From the NCBI GenBank assembly GCA_030141605.1, contig JAQGDQ010000356.1, positions 1 to 43,793 on the forward strand: a DNA stretch of 43,793 nucleotides, given 5' to 3'. The stretch's first letter is position 1; each line of letters begins with the position of its first letter. Shown piece by piece: positions 1 through 11,852 of this stretch. This DNA is from Tubiluchus corallicola. Lineage: Eukaryota; Animalia; Priapulida. The translations under genes and the position numbers were made by a program. The notes under the pieces were generated by a model. It had not been told where the DNA came from. It saw only the letters and a list, made by a program, of their open reading frames with translations, and did no database searches.

Positions 1-264
1 AAACATTTGTATGATATTTTCCTAGAAATTTGTAAAGCAAAAGCCTGATTTGCATGATATTTTCCTGCAAATTCCTACAGGAAAAACCAGATTTGTATAA
101 CTTTCTGTAAATTCTTGTAAATCTAATGAAAAGACATTTCTTAGTGTACGTGTCTCTTGATTAATGTGAATTAGTCAGCACATTTTACTTTGTTCAGTTG
201 GATACTAAATGTTGCAAATTAAGCAAAATCTTTAGTTTCAAACTACCCCTACATTTGCAGTGTG

Positions 265-639
265 AATAAGTCTTTTTACAGTTACGGTAGGTCAAAGGTT
301 AACTGTACCACAGCAACACATCTTAACTACAACCGTCACATGATGTGGGTAAAGTAAAGCCCTCTGCCAGCTCAGTTCATCAATTTCAGTTGTTTCGCAT
401 GGATTTTACTTAATTATGCATCAGTCTGTACATAGAGTGATTTACTAGCAGGATCTTGCTTAGGAACAAGAAAAAATGAACTAGGTAAGGTTCTAGCTAG
501 TTGTTAAAACTGTTACTATTACAATAGCATGGGTACATAGCATGCGAGGCATTTGGTAGGCAAAAGCTTTGTCTGGTACACTTGACCTTTGACCTTTTCA
601 CAATCATATACAATCGCTGGAACTGTGGAAAGGCTTACT
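265..639. mobile_element. MITE-like family R1, copy 1 (about 380 bp, about 19-bp imperfect TIR aataagccttttcacagtt)
   Basis: Ends aataagtctttttacagtt and aactgtggaaaggcttact; shared core gatttactagcaggatcttgct...aaaaaatgaactaggtaaggttctagcta in 5 copies. Confidence 0.75.
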
Positions 640-1291
640 GTTGATGAACTTAAGGCAAAATTTGTTCTAATATGGCTGGCCACATTACTAACAGTTTACT
701 GAATTCAAATGAAATTAGAGGCTTGTCAAAGCAATGCATCATTTACACCACCTTAGTAGTGATCAACATGTTTGCTTACTTATTCTGCTAACAAATAACC
801 GAGTGGTCGTGGCGTGTGCTTATCGAATGAAGTCTAGCTGCACCGAGATTGGTCTGTAAGTGGATGTACGACTAGCCGACTCTCTTGGCTGGTTTACCTT
901 GAGAGAATGTATGTGAATTGAAATGTGGCAAAGACATCTCTGCTGATTCAGTGCCTTTCTTGATAACACACTAGGTACTAGTTCTGCCACAACCATCTAC
1001 ATTAAACGACACTGCTGTTTGAATGCATGGGTGCCAGACTGTGTAGAAAATTGCTTTTAAAATGTCATACGTACAACCGTATTGGGTGAAACTTTCTTTA
1101 AATTTATCAACTAGCATAAACATTATTCCTGGAGTCATAGTGATGGTCTATTAGTCATCTTTAACAGCAAAATCAAATGGTTTATTAATTCTTCTGAATA
1201 TATAACTTAGCTTTTGATTTGCTGTTCGCATTTAAAGGAAAACAACTAAGAATTTTAAAGTACATGCCAAAAAGCTTTCTATACAAAATTA

Positions 1292-1927
1292 CCGTTTATA
1301 CTTATGTACAAGTCGAATTCTTGAGAGACGATTTTAAGGTGAAATTTTTGGGGTCGACTTATTCTTAAGACATGTTTTTGGGAGATGTTGCTAAAGAGTC
1401 GTCTACAATACGAATATGTAAAGAAATAATCTTTCATTATATGCTGGACTGAATGAACACTCATACTGTGGTGCTTCACATCGGAGAATGTTCGCATCTT
1501 GACATTACTTCACAAAATTAACAAATATTACTGTAATTTATTTTAATGTATGTGAAATTAAGTTAAAATTTATATATTACCGGTAAATAAACTGGTGCGG
1601 AGCACTCGATCAGAACAATGGAAATCACAAATGTTGTGCAGGTGCTGCCACCTGTCGGCTTTCATGGGAAGTTTTACACTGGCCTTGTATATGCGTGTTT
1701 TATTGGCAAAATATCAATTACCAGCATACACGCGTATATAAAACACAACTACGCAGAGGTATTAATTTTAGTAAATTATTTTTTTCTTCAAATGGGAAGG
1801 TGATGAATGACATCATTTACTCTGGAAGACCTTAATATTTTAGGGTCGACTTGTGCACAGGTAATATATAAAATGATGCAATTTTTGGTCTTAAAATGCA
1901 CATCGACTTGTACATAAGTATGTACAG
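1292..1927. mobile_element. TA-flanked MITE with about 25-bp TIRs (Tc1/mariner-superfamily-like)
   Basis: ta|ccgtttatacttatgtacaagtcga ... tcgacttgtacataagtatgtacag|ta; internal gggtcgactt motifs near both ends. Confidence 0.75.
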
Positions 1928-2397
1928 TATATTATTTAACATTATGTTTGACAGACTTGTGTAATTTAAAAAGAAAATTCTTTATAATCTAAAATTTTCT
2001 TACCACGTGATAAAATGTCACAGCTTCGCCATCCCAGTGTGCTCCACTGATTCACGAAAGACAAACACTTTCATCTTGTTGACAATGTAAAGTAATTTAT
2101 ACTGTGCGCTGCGAATGTTCTGATTATTTTTTCGGACTTTATTCAATAAAATTTGTTTCAAACGACTTACCATTAAATGATCGCGCCTAACCGCGTCATC
2201 GCTGGAGTTTAAAGTTTTGTGCAGCGTTACTGTTAACGCAAGCTCTGTATGCAATGAAGCAGTATGCAGTAGGTGATACAAAATTTCAAAACAGATTTTT
2301 TAACTTTATTTACGAACAAGGTTTTCTCGTGCTTTCATTCTTGCTTGCTTTGTTTTCAGTTGTTCTTAATTTCTCAATTGCATTAATTTATTAACAG

Positions 2398-2518
2398 GCA
2401 CTGAGATTGCTAGTTGAGTATCAGACGGAGGCTGATATCTTGTTGCCGCCTCGTCTTGCAGGACACAAGCTTCCGGAAGAGGTGCTGGCTCATTTTGAAA
2501 GCGTTCAGAATGCAGACG
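2398..2518 (+). CDS. HYDIN: HYDIN window exon 1 ([33 protein letters not shown]...)
   Basis: ttaacag| ... g|gtaaat; LLPPR..G.KLP.E motif; phase 0 to 1. Confidence 0.88.
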
Positions 2519-5500
2519 GTAAATTTGCAACGAGTACAATGATTAAAATCTGTATTAAAAATCATCCGTTTATTATAGCTTTGATACAGTTTGATCTGCT
2601 TTGTCTGTAAAAATACTATAATTTTTATTTAAAATCTGCAACAATCTTGTCTAAAAGTATTTTATATTTTTTACCTGCATGAATGGTTTTAAACAGGGCG
2701 TATCAAGACTTTAAGACTCCCTAGACTGTTAGTTTTTCCCGCCCATTTCTGTTGTGATGTTGTTGTAATGTTTTGGTGCATAAATTTACTTTTGGTGCAT
2801 TAAAAACACTATTAGCGTAGTTTCTACATCGTCACTATTAATTACATGTATTTGCATAGCGCTTATATTCAAGTAGACGGCTCAACTGCTTATTGTGTAA
2901 TGCCCTGCACCTGTTCGTTATGTGGCACTTATATAGCAACTGAGTGCAGTAACTGTCTGCTGTGTGTTATAAAAAGTGCCCTTTACATGAATATGAAAGG
3001 CGCCCTGGGCTATAGCTTTGTTAGGCTATTGGTTAACAGTATTTAATACGTCCCTGGTTTTAAACCTGTGTCAAAGGTATTAGTTCTTAAAGTTTACACC
3101 AGTATAGTAGGTTATGAGTTTACTTTGCTTAGGCTTTAAATCAAAATACCAACCCTCTAATGACATTTTAATTTGCAGTTAAAAATATTTAAATCACCAC
3201 CCAATATACATGCATAAAATGTCTTAATTGACATCAATCAAGAAATAACAACTTAAAAGTGATTACTTAAAAGGCTAATACAGCAGGTGCCGCGTATTAG
3301 ACTCACGGTAATGTAGAATCAATCGCTTAATTGTCTCAAAAACGTCTAGTACAAGCTACACACTTGTCGTTACACGCTGCTTGCACTGATGTAGTGATGT
3401 AAACAAAGTGACGGCAAGCCAACTAGTGGTCAGCTTGCAATTTGACGAATTGTGTCCGTAATACAGGGAACTTTTAACAGTCCAGAACTTGATCAGTTAC
3501 CCGTAAAAGCGAAATACGAGTGTAATTATTTTGCTACCTTGTCGTGATTAATTTCATGTTATTATACTACTATCAATAACTGTTTTTTATGACATAATAG
3601 ATAACGAGATTCATTAGAAAGCAAAAAATTGTATTAGTAAGCTTTGTTGTTTAACAATGTGGATTGTTTTTAGTTGATAATAGTAACTGTTGCTGTAAAA
3701 AGTTTGTTTAGGCACCAGGAGGGATGTGTTGCCCCGGTAACCGGATGACTCAGTTTTTGTTCCAAATGGGTGCATCCAAGTGTGAAGTTATCGCGGCTTT
3801 AGATTGCTTTAGCACAGTTTTATTGCAGAAACTTTCTAACATTTTTTTATGAAAAATTCAAATAAACTTAGTTTCCCGAAAGCTTGGCTTTTCCTTTAAA
3901 CACTCAATTCATATTTCTATAAGAATTTGCTTTTATCACAACTAAGATTGAGTCACGCTATCTTTTACAGCTGACACAAACTCATCACATGAGGTGAAAT
4001 CTTCCAATGAAAATGGTACATCTCAAGCTTCAGGTTTTTCTCATTAATATTTATATGTTCGTGTAACTGTGACATTTGTTGTTAAGTTCACCATGTTTTT
4101 TAAGCTTTTTATGAGAAGCATTTCTGAATGTAAAACTTTTTATAGCTTTCACTTTTTATGTTTATCCCAAAGATACATCATTGCAAATGTTGTTTATTTA
4201 TTATCCTGTTTGTTTGTAAAATCTGTTTTTGTTTTTCTACTGATTAAGTAATTTTGTCTGTAAGAACTGGCACAGAAAGCTTAACTGTAACTGTTTTGTT
4301 CAGTGGGTGAAGTTCAGTTGACACCTCTTCAGCATGCAATAAGTAGTACACAAAGATTAACTGTAACTGTTTTGTCCAGTGGGTGAAGTTCAGTTGACAC
4401 CTCTTGAGCAAGCAATAAGTATTACACAAAGCTTAACTGTAACTGTTTTGTTCGGTGGGTGAAGTTCAGTTGACACCTCTTGAGCAAGCAATAAGTAGTA
4501 CACAAAGCTTAACTGTAACTGTTTTGTTCAGTGGGTGAAGTTCAGTTGACACCTCTTCAGCAAGCAATAAGTATTACACAAAGCTTAACTGTAACTGTTT
4601 TGTTCAGTGGGTGAAGTTCAATTGACACCGCTTCAGCAAGTAATAAGTATTACACAAAGATTAACTGTAACTGTTTTCTTCGGTGGGTGAAGTTCAGTTG
4701 ACACTTCTTGAGCAAGCAATAAGTAGTACACAAAGATTAACTGTAACTGTTTTGTTCAGTGGGTGAAGTTCAGTTGACACCTCTTCAGCATGCAATAAGT
4801 AGTACACAAAGCTTAACTGTAACTGTTTTGTTCGGTGGGTGAAGTTCAGTTGACACCTCTTCAGCAAGCAATAAGTATTACACAAAGCTTAACTGTAACT
4901 GTTTTGTTCAGTGGGTGAAGTTCAGTTGACACCTCTTCAGCAAGCAATAAGTAGTACACAAAGCAACTGAACTTTTTGTCATTGAAGTCGTTGACACCCT
5001 TCAGCAAGCAATAAGTAGTACAAAAGCTTAACTGTAACTGTTTTGTTCAGTGGGTGAAGTTCAGTTGACACCTCTTCAGCAAGCAATAAGTATTACACAA
5101 AGCTTAACTGTAACTGTTTTGTTCGGTGGGTGAAGTTCAGTTGACACCTCTTCAGTATGCAATAAGTATTACACAAAGCTTAACTGTAACTGTTTTGTTC
5201 GGTGGGTGAAGTTCAGTTGACACCTCTTCAGTATGCAATAAGTATTACACAAAGCTTAACTGTAACTGTTTTGTTCGGTGGGTGAAGTTCAGTTGACACC
5301 TCTTCAGCATGCAATAAGTATTACACAAAGCTTAACTGTAACTGTTTTGTTCGGTGGGTGAAGTTCAGTTGACACCTCTTCAGCAAGCAATAAGTAGTAC
5401 ACAAAGCTTAACTGTAACTGTTTTCTTCGGTGGGTGAAGTTCAGTTGACACCTCTTCAGCAAGCAATAAGTATTACACAAAGCTTAACTGTAACTGTTTT

Positions 5501-8500
5501 GTTCGGTGGGTGAAGTTCAGTTGACACCTCTTGAGCAAGCAATAAGTATTACACAAAGCTTAACTGTAACTGTTTTGTTCGGTGGGTGAAGTTCAGTTGA
5601 CACCTCTTCAGCAAGCAATAAGTATTACACAAAGTTTAACTGTAACTGTTTTGTTCAGTGGGTGAAGTTCAGTTGACACCTCTTCAGCATGCAATAAGTA
5701 GTACACAAAGCTTAACTGTAACTGTTTTGTTCGGTGGGTGAAGTTCAGTTGACACCTCTTCAGCAAGCAATAAGTATTACACAAAGCTTAACTGTAACTG
5801 TTTTGTTCAGTGGGTGAAGTTCAGTTGACACCTCTTCAGCAAGCAATAAGTATTACACAAAGCTTAACTGTAACTGTTTTGTTCAGTGGGTGAAGTTCAG
5901 TTGACACCTCTTCAGCAAGCAATAAGTATTACACAAAGCTTAACTGTAACTGTTTTCTTCGGTGGGTGAAGTTCAGTTGACACCTCTTCAGCAAGCAATA
6001 AGTAGTACACAAAACTTAACTGTAACTGTTTTGTTCAGTGGGTGAAGTTCAGTTGACACCTCTTCAGCAAGCAATAAGTAGTACACAAAGATTAACTGTA
6101 GCTGTTTTGTTCAGTGGGTGAAGTTCAGTTGACACCTCTTGAGCAAGCAATAAGTAGTACACAAAGATTAACTGTAACTGTTTTGTTCGGTGGGTGAAGT
6201 TCAGTTGACACCTCTTGAGCAAGCAATAAGTAGTACACAAAGATTAACTGTAACTGTTTTGTTCAGTGGGTGAAGTTCAGTTGACACCTCTTCAGCAAGC
6301 AATAAGTATTACACAAAGATTAACTGTAACCGTTTTGTTCAGTGGGTGAAGTTCAGTTGACAGCCCTTCAGCAAGCAATAAGTAGTACACAAAGATTAAC
6401 TGTAACTGTTTTGTTCAGTGGGTGAAGTTCAGTTGACAGCCCTTCAGCAAGCAATAAGTATTACACAAAGATTAACTGTAACTGTTTTGTCCAGTGGGTG
6501 AAGTTCAGTTGACACCCCTTCAGCATGCAATAAGTAGTACACAAAGATTAACTGTAACTGTTTTGTCCAGTGGGTGAAGTTCAGTTGACACCTCTTGAGC
6601 AAGCAATAAGTAGTACACAAAGATTAACTGTAACTGTTTTGTTCAGTGGGTGAAGTTCAGTTGACACCTCTTCAACAAGCAATAAGTAAGCACCATGGTG
6701 AAGATTTGTCTCCAGAGGGCTTGGCTGCTAAGAATCGACAAGGTATTGCTATTCTAGTTCACGGAGGACCAATTTCAGGTTCGTACAATTAATCTATTTG
6801 CATGAAATAATTTGTTATTTTGTAGGATGTTTTATACTGACAGAAAATGTCTCATTCAAACTTTACATCTTTTCAATTATCTTGCTGGCGTTGTTTGTTT
6901 GCTAAATTTTCTCCCACTAAGAGTTTTGTCAAATTAAAAAGATTTAACGTAGAGGTAGTTAAACACTCGAAAGTATTTGATCAGGAGTACTCAGCTACTT
7001 CTGAATATTTGACTGCAAATACTCATGTACTCATTAATATCTCAACATAACTACTCAAGTATTGATGAATATTAAATCATTCTAGAGCATTCGTCAGTAT
7101 TTGATCATAAGTACTCATGCACCAATTAATATTTGATCATACTTGAGTATTCATGAGTATTTGATCATAACTACTTGAGTAGTGGTGAATATTTGAGAAC
7201 ACTCGAGTACGCATGAGTATTTGATCCCTGTACTCAAGTACTGATGAACGTTTCAATGCTCAAGTGCTTGTGAACATTTTGTCATGAAATTTGGCAGTCA
7301 TGCCACCTGTAGAAAACAATGTGGAAAGAGTAGTCAAATGGTCACGGCATGTGCTGAATGAGCAATGTTAAGCAATGACAAGTACAGGTAGTGAACGTGA
7401 CCTTCAGGTTCAGCGTTAGCTGAGGATGACCATGCTAATTTGTAGAGAGAGGATGTGTTTATATTTGAAGATAGTTAAGACACCTCTGCTGGTTCAGTGT
7501 CTCATCTTAGAAGACTGTTTTTAGTAAAAACTCAGGTTGCCATCTTGGCACAGTCACCCATCCTGTTACCGAATGCTAGATGCTTGCTAAAAAGTGCATA
7601 AGAAAGACAGTTCTGTCGTTCGTTTTTATGAAGTGTTTCCTTGGTCATGTTAAGTTTATTTTAGTCTTTTAAACTTTCAGGGAAGACCACATGTGCACAG
7701 GAATTATCCACACTTTACAGCGTGCCATGTCTTACAGTTGATAACATTGTTCTAGAAGCCATGTCAAGCCGTTCAACACCTGCTGGTTCGTTACTCAACA
7801 TTATTTTCATTCTGCGTGACAAAAACGTTTTTTGAGTCAAGAAAAAGTTTAATTATGATGTAGATGTTGTTTTGCTTGTACAAACTGCAGTGAAACAGAC
7901 TTGAAACAGTATATTGTGGACAGTGAATTAAAAATAAGATTGAGTCTAATCAATCGTCCGGTTTTTCTTTATGATTAGACATTCAAGTTAACATTTTTCC
8001 AGGTTTATGTGCGTACATGCTATGTGTTGAAACAGCTCATTTGTTTTCCAGGTTTACGTGCGTATATGTAATGTGTCGAAGCAGCTCACTTGTTTTCCAG
8101 GCTTACATGTGTACATGTTATGTGTTGAAGCAGTTCACTTGTTTTCCAGGCTTACGTGCGTACATGTTATGTGTTGAAGCAGTTAACTTGTTTTCCAGGC
8201 TTACGTGCGTACATATTATGTGTCGAAGCAGCTCACTTGTTTTATAGGTTTACATGCGTACATGTTATGTGTTGAAGCAGTTCACTTGTTTTCCAGGTTT
8301 ACGTGAGTACATGTTATGTGTTGAAGCAGATAATTTGTTTTCCAGGCTTACGTGCATACATGTTATGTGTTGAAGCAGCTAACTTGTTTTCTAGGTTTAC
8401 ATGCGTACATGTTATGTGTTGAAACAGCTCACTTGTTTTACAGGTTTACGTGAGTACATGTTATGTGTTGAAGCAGCTAATTTGTTTTCCAGGTTTACGT

Positions 8501-11500
8501 GCGTACATGTTATGTGTTGAAGCAGCTCATTTGTTTTCCAGGTTTACGTGCGTACATGTTATGTGTTGAAGCAGGTAATTTGTTTTACAGGTTTACGTGC
8601 GTACATGTTATGTGTTGAAGCAGCTCATTTGTTTTACAGGTTTACGTGAGTACATGTTATGTGTTGAAGCAGCTCATTTGTTTTACAGGTTTACGTGCGT
8701 ACATGTTATGTGTTGAAGCAGCTCACTTGTTTTACAGGTTTACGTGAGTACATGTTATGTGTTGAAGCAGGTAATTTGTTTTCTAGGTTTACATGCGTAC
8801 ATGTTATGTGTTGAAGCAGGTAATTTGTTTTACAGGTTTACGTGAGTACATGTTATGTGTTGAAGCAGGTAATTTGTTTTCCAGGCTTACGTGCATACAT
8901 GTTATGTGTTGAAGCAGCTAACTTGTTTTCTAGATTTACATGCGTACATGTTATGTGTTGAAACAGCTCACTTGTTTTACAGGTTTACGTGAGTACATGT
9001 TATGTGTTGAAGCAGCTAATTTGTTTTCCAGGTTTACGTGCATACATGTTATGTGTTGAAGCAGCTCACTTGTTTTACAGGTTTACGTGAGTACATGTTA
9101 TGTGTTGAAGCAGGTAATTTGTTTTACAGGTTTACGTGCGTACATGTTATGTGTTGAAGCAGCTCATTTGTTTTACAGGTTTACGTGAGTACATGTTATG
9201 TGTTGAAGCAGGTAATTTGTTTTACAGGTTTACGTGCGTACATGTTATGTGTTGAAGCAGGTAATTTGTTTTACAGGTTTACGTGCGTACATGTTATGCG
9301 TTGAAACAGCTTATTTGTTTTACAGGTTTACGTGAGTACATGTTATGTGTTGAAGCAGCTCATTTGTTTTGCAGGTTTACGTGCGTACGTGTTATGTGCT
9401 GAAGAGGCTAACTTGTTTTCCAGGTTTATGTGCCTACATGTTATGTGTTGAAGCTGCTAACTTGTTTTACAGGTTTACGTGCGTACATGTTATGTGTTGA
9501 AGCAGCTAATTTGTTTTACAGGTTTACGTGCGTACATGTTATGCGTTGAAGCAGCTACTACTATCAAAGGAGTTGAGAACTTTATGAAGGCAGCTGATAC
9601 CCATGATTCAGTTGAGTTGAAGCAAACTTTTCCACCAGGTTCGTCATGTTTATTCCTAAGAACAAATGTTTTGTTGATTTGCATTGGAAAACTTTGTTTC
9701 TAGTATTTCTAGTTTTGCAATAAGGTACTTTAAAGGCTAAACAGAGCAAAAATGTTAGAGCATTGAATCTTTGAATGTATAGAAATTATCACTGTAAATT
9801 TAAGATTAAATACAGAAGTGTTGATGCTTACCGAAGAAGCTTGGATATTTCATATTTTGGTCTTTTTACCATTCATCATGGTATTTAAACCTATTTATTC
9901 ATCCAGTTAGCCCAACACAGCAAAATACAATTTATACAAGCACAAATTAACAATGCATTACAGTGCCATGAGCGTAGCAGAAGAAATTTACTTATAAGCT
10001 AAGCTCAACATGGATAAGACTTTATTAATGACGTAAACAACAAAAATATGTTAAACAGAGCAAAGAAAACCATATTGATGATGATGACATTGTTGTGTAT
10101 AAAACTTTAACCTTGGCATTAAATGTTTGTATTGCGTTATTGTGGTCAACCAGGGAAAAGTCTTTCACTAGCACCAACCAAGTTAGATACAAGAACATTT
10201 TGTTCCCAGGGATTCGTGGAATTAATGCTGAAAGAAAGGACATTGGAAACGTACAAGTTTTGCTCACTACATGCACTAGTTGTCGTAGTTATAATTGGAG
10301 ATGATACTATAATAAGTATTAGGAACCATTTATTCTCCCAGAATCATTAGTCCGACTGTACACTGCATCTGCAGCACTTATGACTTGTGATATGCAGACC
10401 TGTTTGAATTCAACTGGTTCAGTGAGAGAAAGTCGATACTATAATAAGTATTAGGAACCATTTATTCTCCCAGAATCGTTAGTCCGACTGTACACTGCTT
10501 CTGCAACACTTACTTGCAGGTAATTCTATAAAACATCAGTAATATAACCACCAAATTACACTGATAATGACACTGAAAATGGTGAATGTGTCACGATCGT
10601 TTGTTATGAACACCATTTCTTTCATAAGTGATAAAACGCGCAAAGTTAAGGATAGTGGTGGCGTGATAGGGCTCGACCAACCGAAAAATTTGGCAGAATT
10701 CCGGACTCTCACTATGACTTCACAAAAACCTATCTCAGTTCTTATATACGGGGAAACTAAGTCATAGATTATCGCTGATAAATTGGCCTTGTTCAGAACT
10801 ACAGTAGTTCAGATGTACAAGAGATTGTCCACGGTAAACTCAGTGAGATACTTATGAATACAGCCAATGTTTCGCAATCGGTAATAAAGGCTTACTCTAT
10901 TAATCTTATCGACCGATTCCAATAAAACATTTGATAACTTTCAGGTTTCAAACCCAAATTGTCACGACGGTTGTCACGCACATCGCGTCAGTCCAGTGCA
11001 AGCAGTCTTACTGCGTCAACTAAAAGAGTGTCTACGGCCGTGGGTCACGACGAGCTAACTAGTCCCGGACCGCTACAAGTAAGACCTAAGCGAACTGGTG
11101 GAACTTCACATGCTTCGGTGAGAATGCGCACTAACACATGTGTTTGGTACTGCATGTTTTTGGCATAGGTTTAAATTCACCATAATAAGTCTTCGCGGTT
11201 CCAGTGATTGATGAATAGCGGCTCTGACACTTACTAACGGAAGAACTGACATCTTGATAACGAAAACATTAATATTCTTACTAGCAAAGGCCCCGCAAAA
11301 TATTTTGCTTATAAATCCACTTATAATCAACAGTGTACGAACATTCTACCTAGTGTTCCTTTATTTACGTAACTCAAAGCCAGCAGCTTTAGTGAATTAA
11401 AGTTATAAGATTATGGACAGAGTATGATGGATGAAGTCAGAATAGTGGCTTTGCGGCAGAACATTGGCTTTCCAAGCGGAAATCGTGTGAAATGGAACCT

Positions 11501-11803
11501 CCAATCAACTTATCACAATCAAATCAGAAATAAGAGGTATAAGTTTTGCAAAAAACGGCCGAAAAATGGCCATTTTTGGAGGTTTTTCGCCCCCTTCCCC
11601 GTTCTTCCCGGTGTGCCCGATTCGAAAAATAAACCCCTAATGGCACGACACTAGATCGAGACCTTTCGTTTGATGTATAGATCGCCGCAAATGGTGCCCT
11701 CGCCGAAGCTGTAGCCTCGAATCTTATATATATAATATACCAGCGAAATTCATATATACGATATATATGTATATATATATATATATATATATACATATAT
11801 ATC

Positions 11804-11852
<49 letters not shown>

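Noticed and set aside
4960-5030. Aberrant short unit in the 76-bp array
   Set aside because: Scattered small deletions look like uncorrected long-read error rather than biology.
4276-9556. CRISPR-like regular repeats
   Set aside because: No unique spacers and no cas genes; this is a eukaryotic intron context.
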